DNA from: Lama guanicoe
Lineage: Eukaryota
Direction of reading: 5' to 3'
DNA length: 64,000 nt
Assembly (NCBI GenBank): GCA_013239625.1
Contig: MU057357.1
Location: forward strand, 6,415,161 to 6,479,160
The notes below the pieces were generated by a model that was not told where the DNA came from, did not search any database, and worked only from the letters and a program-made list of their open reading frames with translations. Position numbers and translations under genes: made by a program. Positions 12,301-24,300 of this stretch are shown here, one piece after another (the stretch's first letter is position 1; every line of letters begins with the position of its first letter).

Positions 12301-15300
12301 TATTTCTCATGAATAGTTCTGCAACCCCTCTTCCCACCCTGCCATGGTCCTCTGGTTCCTCAAACCCTTGCCAGTGTCACCAGCACCTCTGGGTCCCACT
12401 TCCTCCTCCTAACCACACCTCTGGTAGCTCCTTTGCTATTCTCTGTCCTGGCTCCCCTGATCCCTCCCACAGCCCCAGGAAATCCCTCCTCCCTTCCCCC
12501 TAGGCTCTTGGCCAGCCCCAAGCTAGGACTCCATCAGCCTCTGACCTTGTACCACATGATGTCCGGCAGTGGTTTCCCCTCAACCACCACAGCAAAGCGA
12601 GCAGTTTCTCCAGCCCCTACCTCCACGTCCTCCATGATGGACTCAAATCGAGGGGCCTCTGAAACACACAGGATTTAGGGTGGGGAAGGGAGGGGGACAG
12701 AACGTTGGGGTCACAAGGGCCTGCCTCCTCAGTCCTTCTCTAAACCCTCCGTAAGCAACTGGCTCAGCCATAACACCAGACAACCCCCCACCTCCCAGAG
12801 CCCCAGCATCCCACCCTGGGACTCTCAGACTCGGCCCCGGGAACATGAGAGTTCCTTGCCTGGACCAAGTGCTCTCTCTACAAATCCAAATGTGATGTTC
12901 TCCAAATCTCAGAAAACCCAAGCCAGGGAATGCAGGCTTGCTTTGTTTGGATCTCAGTATTTTTGCCAGCTTCGAAATTAGGAGATTTTTACACACAAAA
13001 GAAATCTGGATTTCCTGCCTCTCTTGGAAAATCAGGACTGGCTGTCCTGAGCTGCCTCCCTCACTGCATTAATGCGCTGGTGAGGAGTGGCCGGACACTG
13101 CCCCCTGTGGGTGGCTGCCCTTCTGCACAGTCCGACTGCGGGCTTCTCTGACTTTACCTGTCCTGGGCCTTGCAGGTGGCTCAGTCTGTGACCCTGAATC
13201 AAGTTCACGGATGGCATTGCCTCTATCTTGAAGTTTTCTCCCTGAATCTTATTTAAATATTTAAGGGGACTTCTACGATCTGGGAGCTGGCAAGATGAAT
13301 AACCGGGTACCGATTCTCGGTTTAGTTCTCCCACATGCGACTGATTTTATTCTCTACACATATCATGCATTTGTGGTATTTCCTGGTAAGGCAGTTTCTA
13401 ATTCTCATGATGGAATTAAATACATATTCCAACGTGCTTGTGCTTTTCGGAGAAGCCTGTGACGTTCTGGTGCCCTCCCCCAGCATGTTTGAGGATCCTG
13501 GCTTTAAGGGGAGTGAGAGAGATAGGCCCTCAGGGAAAAGCTGGGCAGGGAGCACCTCATGTCCAAGCACATAGCTCAACTTTTATGCAGATAAAGGGGG
13601 AGGTCATCCTGGGAGCAGGGAAGATGCATCAGTGGGGCAGGTGTGGAGGAAAGAGGCCATTCTACCTGCCTGTGGGAGAGGGGGTGGGGCACAGCAGGAG
13701 GGGGTGCAGATCCAAGCCCCAGGCCTGCTCTAGCCCTGGCCAGCTGGGTCAGGGTTTCCCTCAGTTACTGTCCCAGCCAGGCCCGCTGCAGGGCTCTTGG
13801 TGGCCAGGGCCTCCCCAAACCTTGAGTCTCCTCCTATATCTGGGAAGAAAGATGAGTCCTGGAGGTGGTACTGTCAAGGAGCAAAGTGATGGCTGAGTAG
13901 GAAGTGCTGGGGTGGGGTAGGGGGAAGCTAGGCAAAGGGGAAGACACATAAAAGGGAAACCAGAGGCCCAGATCACCTGCAGCCCCTCCCTACCCACCCT
14001 CCACAGAGGGGCCAGTAGGGTCCCCGTTATCTCCTCCTCACACACTCTACTGCCACCTCTCTTCTAGTTTAAAGCTGCCTGCCCTGCTCTCTAGGAATCT
14101 GGTCCTAGTCTGCTAGGGGTGGGGAGTGGGTGTGGGTGGGGGCAGTGGCAGGGGTCAGTCTATGAAGGTCAAAGGATCAGAAGGTTTTAAGCCAACTTCA
14201 ATGACTTTTTTTAAAGCACCAGAAAATGTACATTTACCCCATGATACGATGGCCTGTGTTAACTAAAATGTCACTTCCTTTGCATTTGGTTGGAACCTTA
14301 TCTACTCAGCCGGTAACACTGTTTAGCTCATGCTGATCCGAAGTTCTGAGTGGCAGTTACATATGTCTAGAGTTAATTAACAAACCAGAAAACAAGACAA
14401 TTACTACTTAATGCATGCTACGGCCTGAGAGACTGTATCTTGAAAGGAGAAATTATTAAAAGGTCCTCACTGCAAAGATGGGGAGGCTCGCCAAAGAGGC
14501 TTATGCAAAAAGGCAACAGCCAGGATCCCTAGAGCTGAGAGTCTGGTGATAAGATGAGCTCACTTGGGCCTTTTTCTTTTTTAAGTTGACTTGGACCCTC
14601 TCCCGGCTTGTTATACTTGAGGTTCTACTTTCTGTTGTGTTTAACGCAGGAGCTAACAGCATAGTCTGGCTTTGGAGTAGGGCACCTAGCCTTGAATCCC
14701 AGCTCCTGACTGATTAGGTTATGTGACCTTGGGCCTATTACTTAGCACAATCTCTGAGCCTCGGTTTCCCCATCTGTAAAATGGGGATAATAACCGACTC
14801 CATCTTCCAGGGTTGACAGAAATGTTAAATGAGGTGATAAATGTAAGCTAATTAGCACTGAGCCTGGCACATACTAGGTGTTCAATAAATATCTTTATTA
14901 GTACTATTACTGTTATTGTGGCTAGGACTGGTATTATTGTGGCCATTAAATGGCCCCTGAGAGGGGAGACCTAGGCCTGGCAGGTGGGTGTGTATCCCTG
15001 GGGGTATGAGGAGAAGGCTGTGGGCCTCAGAGGGAGGAGAGGGAAGGAGGCCGGCTGTCACCCACCTGCCAGCTCCAGTGTGACTGAGCAGGCCTGTGTG
15101 CCGTGGCGGTTGCGGGCAGTGCAGGTAAGGGCCCCCATATCCCGGCGGCTCACCCGGCAGATCCGAAGACAGTACTGGTCGTCATCTGGCTGGCTCAGTT
15201 CGTACACACCAGCCCGGGCCTCTAGGAGGGCCCCTCGGCAGCTAAGGGACACACGACAGGGAGGTCACGCAGGATCCAGACCTGGTCACCTGGAGCTGGG

Positions 15301-18300
15301 CTGCCTCATGTGAGGCACAGGGCATGCAAGGCAGAGCCCCACCTCCTCCAGACGACCTGGGCCTCCACATGGTTGAAGGTGACGGTGACACTGGCAGGCT
15401 GTCCCTCCACCACATACACGATGTCTGGCTTGTCCAGCACGGCGGGTGCCTCCTCCAGGGGCGGGCCTGGGAGGAGGAGGGCTGGCTTTATGCTGGGTTT
15501 GACGCCAGATCTTCAGCACCCACTGCTCTTTGAACCCTCCCAATCACCATGCAAACTCCATTTTTCAGATGACGAAGCTGAGGTTCAGAGGTGTTTAGCA
15601 ACTTGTCTAGGGGAACACAGCCAGTAGGCAGCAGAGCTGGGATTGGACCTCCAGCTGGTCTGACTTAGAGCTTCAGCCTTGTCCACTGCATGCGCTATTT
15701 CCGGAGTGGGAAGGAAGCACTCTGACGAGTAGGGGTCACAGCCAGCCATCCCATTCCCACCGTAGTTTTCATGTCCAAATCAGCCCTGGAATCTCCTCCA
15801 TGGACACCCAGTTCCCTGGCCTAGCAGCTCTTGCCCCCACCTCCACCCCACAGGAACCCCCCGACTCACCGTGTTCCAGCAGCTGCACTGGCTCAGAGGG
15901 GGGCGAGGGCTTGCTGCTGCTCTTGATGGTGGTGCTGAGGACCCGGAAGATGTGCTGGATCCCTTTACGCAGACCCATGGCCGCCCACCTGGGTTCCCGC
16001 AGGCCCGAGGCCAGCGCTGTCCACTGGTCCGAGCCCAGCACCTGGTGCTGCACAGTGTAGGTCAGGGCATCTGGGTCTGGGGGGAAGGCAGCTGCTAGAG
16101 ATGGGCCTTGCTGGGGTGCCCTCTGTCCCTATTCAGCTGACTTGGGAACCAGGAACTCATCATCATTCTGCTCTGAGGACCTGCCTCAGCTTCTCCTGTT
16201 GCTTCTGCCTGTCCCCCATCTGCTCCTGCCCAACCACAGGCCTGGCCAGGCTCAGAGCCAATGAGGTGTAAGGTGTGGGGTCCAGTTACAGGCATGGGGG
16301 GAGCTTGACTTAATCCCAATTCCTTGCTGCTACCTGAGGTAGGGAGAAGCACAGAGCAGGAAGAGATGCCCAGGGAAGGAGAGGGGTTTCCCAGGATCAC
16401 AACCCAAGCACCCACTCCCTTTGAGAAGAGAAGGGAATGTGGCAGCCTCCACTTTGTCTCCTCTCCTGACCTGGAGCCGGAGCTTCACCCACCATGGAGA
16501 AGGGACCAGCAAAGCCCCTCCTGGCCATGCTCCCAGTGCTCCATCTATTCCCACCCCTCACCTGTATGCCCCTATGCCCCTGTGCCCTGCTGGGCCTTGC
16601 TCTCCCTTCCTGCCCACCCTCGGTTCCCTTGGCTAAGACTGCCCTGTCCACGCCCCCATCCCTACCCACATCCCTGTGTGGTCCAGACCCACCAATGGCC
16701 ATGTCCAGACTCCTGGGGGGGTTCCACATGAGTTTGATCATCCTCCCAGTCACAGCCACCACTTGCGGGGCACCATCTGGGGGGCCTGGAACCACATCTG
16801 AAAGCCACACATAGAATGTCTGCTGGGTTTTAGGGCCCCATGGCCCCGCAGGACCACCAAGCTTTGGGGCAATGGGCTGGGGGCTGGGGACATGGTCACA
16901 GGGGCAGAGGCAAGGCCAGATGGCTCCCCAGGGGACCAAGGGGAAGGGAGCTGGTGTGGAAGCCATTCCCTTGCCCAGCGTGTGGGTAGGCCAGAGGCTG
17001 GGCTGTGGATGCACCTGACCAGGAGGGTACCTGCCTCACCTGTGACATAGAGGTGGGCATAGCAGGCAGCTTTGCCCAGCTTGTTGGCGATGACGCTCTT
17101 GTAGACACCGGCATGCTGAGGTCCCACAGCAGGAAACACTAAGCGATGGACATCCCTGTCTGGGGGGGAGGGACAATGACATTGTCCTGAGCTAGGGGCA
17201 TACTCTGGGGGATGGGTCCATGCCACCCAGGCCTGGCCATCCACCCCCACTTGCTACAAGGAGCAGAGCAGACACAAGAAGGGTGTCCATCATGCAGCAA
17301 ACTCTAGGTCCGGGCTGCCAAGTCCACACCTACAGCCCTGGCCCCTCTTGCCTGTCCCTCTAGCACTTCAGACTCAGTGACTTCTCATCTTCCTCCCATA
17401 CCAATTCACCCTCTGCAGGTTCCTACCCCACTGACTGCCCCTCATCTCCGCATCTCTCAGGGTTCATGACCTCCATGTCCAAATTCTGACAAGACTTTGT
17501 GCCCAAGTGCCTTCTTCTCCATCCCCAAGGCCACTGGCCATGAAAGCTTCCACCAGTGTGGTCTGCATTGCATGTTACCTCTTGATCTGGAAACCTCAAT
17601 GGCACCTACTGCCAATCAGGTGGCATCCAAAGCCTTCGGCCCAAACTCCCACCGAGCCACGTCTCCTGCTATTCCTCCACATTCTGACCCTGACCTGCCA
17701 TCAGGTCCCTGAACAAGCCACATGAGTTCCCACTCCAGGTCTTTGCTCACAAAATTCTTCCCTTCTGGAATGTTCTTCTCTTACCTAAGGCTTCCTTTTC
17801 CTTCAAGTTGCAGTTCAAGTGAGTGCCAGTCCTGGGAAGCTTCCTGTCTGTGCCCCTGGTCCCCTCTATACCTCCATCTCTGACTCCCTCCCCAGGACAT
17901 CCAGCACCCAGCCCAGACTGCTTTGGGTGGTCCTTCCTTTTTTCTTGCACGCATCATGCCTTCTGCAAGCTCCTTAAAGACAGCTGATTTGTCCTGCCAA
18001 GCCCAGAACCTGACGCCTTGCATACAGTTAAGTGCCAAGTACATTAGATTATAAATTACAAGAAGAGTTGTCTGCACTATGGCTAGACCATGCCAGATAC
18101 TTCACATGCATTTTTTTCTCCATAAGCCTTTCAACAACCCTGCAAAATTATCCTCATTTTACCAGTGAGGTCAGAGACATTAACAGACTTGTCCAAGGTC
18201 ATACCACTAATAAATGATGATGCTACAGCCTGAACTTGCTTCCCTCTGACTCTGAAGCTGTCTCCCTACCCTGTGCTCCCTGCATGATGGTAAGGAGGCC

Positions 18301-21300
18301 ATCCCCGGGGGGATGTGAAGGGGAAGAGACCTGCACTGTCCTCCTTCCTTGACATCAGGGCCATCCCCAAACACCCCTCCCTCCTCTTAGCGATTATCTC
18401 TGCATGGAACAATCACTGGTTCATTTATCTCTGCTGACACTATTTATACGGGAAGAGAAGCCCAGGGCTGCCACTGACCCCAGATACAGACAGAAGCAGA
18501 GACGCCAGCTCAGATCCTGAGACAGACACCCACCCGGGGCCTCAGGGCAGAATGATAGACAGGAAGCCTGTGGGCTGAGCAAAGACAGCCATGGAAGGGG
18601 TTGAGGGGAGGGTCACAGCCACGGTGGTGACACAGGAGATGGGAGGGGAGAGTGAGGCATGGGCAAAAGGGGACGTCCTGGTCAGGAGGTGGACACCAGA
18701 GTCACACCATTCCTGTCTGCCTTTGGGCAAGTCACTGACCCTCTATAAGCCTCAGTTCCCCAATCTGGAAACAGGGATAATAGCACCTGCCTCACAGGTC
18801 TGTGGTGAGGAAGGTGAGATCATCCCTGTCAGGCCTCAAGCACCCAGGGCCTGGCACTCAGGAAGGGCTTAGTAAAGGTGAGTTTTGTCACACTGCAGCC
18901 AGAAGAGGAGCCCATCACAGGTCACGGGGTGGCACTGCTGGTGGGGAGGAGGTAGACCTTCTCACAGGAGACTCAGATTCCCTCAAGGGTGGAACTAAGA
19001 CACTCCGTGAGAAAACATCCTAGGCTGAGAGGACATGGTCCCAAATACGTTCCTAGGTATTTTCCCCACTCTTTCTTCTTTATTTGCCTTTTACCAACCC
19101 CGGACCAAGCATCCATTTGATACCAGACACTGCCCACACTGGGCTTTTCACTAGAATTTCTCCAGGAGGGTGTGAGCAGCAGCGCTTTATCAACAAGGAT
19201 GCTGATGGTGGCAACAACCGCGGTACCCGTAAGAGTAACACTTATTGACCCCTTGTTATTGGCCAGGCCCTGCCCTAAGTGCTTTCCATGCATTCACTGA
19301 TTCAATTCTCACCACAAGCCTACCACAGATGAGGGAACTGAGGCACAGAGGGGTCCTGTAACTTGCCCGCAGTCAGTAGCAGGCTGTACTGCCCATCCAG
19401 TAAATGCTAACAGGCCACCAAGGCCCAGACTGGTGACCCAGCTGACGGGTGCTGTGTGAGCTCAAGGGCTCAAGGAAGGAGGCAGTGGCCTCATAGCCTC
19501 TCTGCGCTCCCCTCTCCCAGGCACAATGAAGACTGCAAAGCAAGACCCAAAGGTGGGAGAGGGAACTGCAAGCAAAAAGGGTGCTGGAGGGGACACCCCT
19601 AGGGTCCCCTCCTGGACACGTACACTGTGTCATGCGCCGGTCATCGCTGCTCTGGATGCGGTGGCCATTGTGGAACCAGGTGATGGTGGGGTAGGGCAGG
19701 CCGGTCACTTGGCACTCCAGCATGGCCTCCTTGGCCAGTCCCACATCCAGGTCCTGCAGTGGCCGCAGGAAGTCAGGCATGGACAGCCGCTCCAGCTCGC
19801 CCTGCTCGGGTTCCTCGGGGATGGATGGCATCTTCTCCAGCTTCGAGCTGGAAGAAGTACACAGCTGCCCAGAGGCCCAGAGCCGCACCTCCCACCACAG
19901 GGCCGGGGCACCACAGAAGCACCCCTGGCAGCCCCAGGGACCCCAGGCAGTACCTAGGGCCAGTGGCCGCCGTCCGCGGCTCCTCCACATAGAGCTGGGC
20001 TGAGCAGTGGGCCTGGCCGTGGCTGTTGGTGGCGCTGACCTCATAGAGCCCTTCGTCCTCGCTGCCCACGTGGGCAATGTGCAGTGAGTGCAGGCCCCCG
20101 TCCTGCCGAAGCCGCAAGTTCTCACTCTCCTCCACGGGGCGGCCTGGGCAGGGAGGGGCAGGAGGACAGAGCAGCCTCAGCTGGGGACCCCGCCCTCTGG
20201 CCCTTGGGGGGGATCCCCAAACATCTACAGGGTGGAGAGCCATACCAAAATGAGCCCAGGTCACAGAGGGGGGCGGGGTGCCGCTGATCTTGCAGTCGAA
20301 GCGGGCTGCGCGGCCCTCCAGCACCTCCATGTCCTCCAGGAGCCGTGTGAACAGGGGCGCCAGTGAGGGCCGCACCGTCAGCCGGGCACTGCAGGTCAGC
20401 TCATCTGGTGGGGAGGGGTCAGCAATGGGGTGGGGAACACCATGCCCCAGGCACCCCAACTCAAGGGTCCTGCTCTCATACTGGGCAGGAAAAAGAAGCT
20501 GGGCCAGAAGCCGGAGCCTGGGCAGAGCCCAGCAACATTCCAGGCACCAGAGCAGGGCAAGATCTAAAGACTGGACCATCTCAGGAGGGTGAGGGTTATC
20601 AAGGGTGGGTGGAAGGCTGCCACGGGGCCTGGGGATATGACATGAGTCCAGGGCCCGGCCTGACTCTCCTCTCCTCATCTCATCCTGCCAAGCTCAGCTC
20701 TAAGGCTGAGCTTAGGGCCCACTCCCTCCCCCACACCCCTTTCCCTGACCCTTAGAACTCTCCTCTGCCCACCCTGGTCATGCCCACACTCCCTCACCCC
20801 GACTCCAGACCCAGAGTAAATGCCCCTTTGCCCCACTCGACCACCCTACAAAGAATCTTCTGGGGGAAATAATGGCCCCTTATGCTGACCTGACTGTTTC
20901 TGCTTACAGGGATCACCTTTAGGTGCCCATCACCACAACTGGGTGAGGCACTATCCCAGCTCTTCAAATGAGGACGGGGCCAGGTCAGAGACGTCATTAA
21001 TAATGACAATGGCGGAGATTTATTAGCTGCCACCCTTTGCCAGGTCTGTGCTTTGTTCTGTACATACATTAGTCCTCATTAGTCCCACCCATCCCCCTAG
21101 GAGGTAGGTATTATCATGATCCCTTTTTATAGATGAATAGTCTGAAGCTCAGAGAGATGAAGTGACTTGTCCAAAGTCACATGCTGGTATGTGGCAGGAC
21201 AAGAACTGGAACCCAAGTCCAGGTGTGGCTGGTATACTTCAGTAACTGGCTCCGACAGGAAAAACAGCGAACATTCATACAGAACATGCTGAGTCAGGTG

Positions 21301-24300
21301 CTACTTCAAACGCTGGTGTTATCCAAGCAAGTGTGCTGCACTATCTCCCACCCCACTGCTCTTCTCCCAGGAGGCAGAGCCCCGTTTTCTCGGCGTCTTA
21401 TTCTGCACCCAGCTCCTCCACCTCCACTCCCCTCCCTCCAGTACCTGGGCGCCATGGCAGCCCTCGGGCCCCAGTGGGCAGTTACCTTTGGCCGTGCTGA
21501 GCTTGCAGGTGTAGACGCCACTGTCGTCCTCATGCACAGAGGTGAGGAGCAGCTTGCATTTCCGGCCATCGAAATGCATCTTGCATTTGAGTAGCGCAGG
21601 CTGCAGCAGGCGGCCTCGGCACAGCCAGTCTACCTCCACGTCGGCAGGACCCGCCACCAGGCACTCAAACAGCGCCATCTCCCCGGCCCCCACGTCCACG
21701 TCCTGCAGGGGGGCCAGCACGGCCAGGGACCGGCTTTCAGGGTGTGCTGGGGGTGGGGAAGCGGCCACAGAGGGCACGCATGGAGCAGAGAAACATGGGG
21801 CAAGGGAAACACACACACGCACACACAGAGAGACAGACAGACACAGAGAAGAGAGATGCATTTTGTTCCTTTGGAGACAGGGAAAGCCCGCCCACCCAGC
21901 AGGCCAAGACAGCAAGGAGCTCCCAGGCCTGGCTTCAGGATGGCAATCCCACATGGGCCAAAAGGGTGAACTCAGAGGAAGCGGGAGGGAATCAAGGGCA
22001 TGAATACTGAGAAGGCCACATAAGGGCAGAGACGGCGGCGGAAAAAAAAAACACAGCACACCAGCTGGGTACAAACTGGACTTTATTTGAACTAAGAAAC
22101 AGGTATTTCCGAGTATTTCCACACCCACTGCAGCCGGCCCCTACTCCTGTACCAAGCCTGGCTAACACCCTCATTCCCAGACAGAGCATCCCCAACTCTG
22201 ACAGTGAACAAGGGAGCCCCAAACGGGCCCTAAGCCTGCCCAGGGCCAGGATTCAGCCAGGCCTCCTCAGCACAGGGCCCAGAGGCCTCTGGCTTTTGGT
22301 CTCTTGTGAAATAAAGTGTTGTGCCACTTGAAACCCGTTTCTGGAATGATCAGTGATCTGCCCCCACCAGGAGCCCCCTGTCTACAGCCCCCTGTCCCTC
22401 TGGGCCCCTCTGTCCTACAGATGCCATGCCCTGTCCTCTCCCCCTCTGCCTCACCCCACATCAGCTCAGAGGCATCCTTCCCTGACTGTCACAGACACAC
22501 AGACAGACAAACGGAAAGACAGACAGGGCCTGTAGAAGCAGTAGCACATGCACTCGCTGGGTGCTCCCCTTTGGGGAGAGACTGGGGGGTGGTTTTGATA
22601 CCCCTCATGGCCGCCCCTTTCTGGCACTCAGTCCGTGTGGGGGCTCCCAGCCTGCCCAGCCATATGTCCACTTGGGGAGTGAGGGGTCCATGGGGTCTCA
22701 TGGGCTATCCCAGGACGCTGAATGGGTAGGGAGGGGAGGGGAGGCTGGGACAGGGTCCGGGCCGGCAGGGTCTGTGGGCAGGAGGCAGTGAAACACAGCG
22801 AGGTCCGAGAGGTGCCTGAGACAGGGGCGCGGCTCGGAGGGTAGCGGCGGGGAGCGCAGGCGGCCCCCTGAGCTCACTCGCCTGTGTACAGACAAAAACC
22901 TCAGTCAGCAAGCGGCAGGTTAGTGCAGCACACACACACGCACACGCACACGCACACACACAGGCACGCACAGGCACGCACGGGCACGCAGACCTGGCTA
23001 GGGCCCCTCTAAAATGGCCAGGGCGGCACTGCCACTTTCAGCTCCCCTGAGGTCAGCCCTGGGGTGGATGGGGAGGGACTGCAGCCAGCCAGAGACTAGA
23101 TCTCCAGGGTTCCTGGGCAGCTAGAGGCCCTGGATAACCAAGCGAGAGGCATTCCCAGGAGTCAGGAGCACCCCAAAGCCTGGGGGATGTTGGGAGAAAT
23201 CCCAAAAAGAGAGAAGCATTGAGACGTGGGTTAATACAGAGAAGCAAGGCAGAGCCAGACCCTGAGGGGAAGGAGCAGGCCAGGGAATGGGGCTGCGTTG
23301 GGGGGCTGAGAGCTGAAGAATCCAGAGACGGAGGAAGTAGCAACCCCAGGAACTGGAGGCACAGGACAGGGGAACTGAGGCAGGTGGGGCCCTGGTAGGT
23401 GACCATGACTCTCAGGGTCTGGGCTCCAACAGGGGGCTGAGAGTATCCTCATAGCTGGCCTCTTCCAGGAAGGAAGGGGTGGTGGCTGAGTGCAGAGCTG
23501 AGGAGGGGTTCCTGACTCTGACCTGCCCATGAGAAGAGTGAGTGGAAGGTCAGGCAAATGGCCTGCCCTCAAGAGGAAAATCACTAGCCCCTGGGGACAG
23601 CCTGGCTAGGGCCTGTCATCCCCGCTGCCTGGAAGGTTGCCCCGACTCTGAGGGCCCGGCCCTCTCCACACTTCCCAGCTCTGTTTACCCTGGCACCCCT
23701 GGGGTCCCTGCGATGCTCCATGCTCAAGTCACTCCAAGGGCCCCTCCGGACGGGTCCAGCTATCAGACTCTCCCCACTGCCACCCCCAACCATAATACCT
23801 TCTGCACAGCAATGGGATGGGTAGAGGAGACAAGAGAAGAGCGGAAGTGGGTGTAAGTAAGGGTCCTGTCAAGGACAAGGTGACAAAAGCTCAGAAGAGT
23901 GTGGGGAGAGGACGGCCGGCGACGGGAAGCAGGGTCTCTGGCTGGCACTGAGGCAGGTGTGACTCAGCATAGGGAAAGCAGTACCAAATAGCGAGCCGAG
24001 CACTGAACAATATGCTGTGTGGCCTTGGGCAAATCGCCTCCCCTCTCTGGGCCTTAGTTTATTCAACTACAGCGTAAGCAGCTAAACCTGGGGACCTCAA
24101 AGGTCCCTTTGGTTCTGGCATCCTAGAACTAAGGTTGTGTGAAAGTTGGCAAGTGGGCAGGGATGAGGTTGGGGCCAGGATGCGGGGGAGTTCGTGGAGA
24201 GTGTGAGGTGCTCACCTCTGACCTCCAGGCGCGCCTCGCACTGCCGAGCGCCATACTCGTTAACTGCTTTGCAAGTGTAGAAGCCAGCGTCGCCCCGCTC

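Noticed and set aside
13095-13115. CTCF-like motif CCCACAGGGGGCAG
   Set aside because: It has two mismatches in the core and lies in a probable old transposon remnant; too weak to call.
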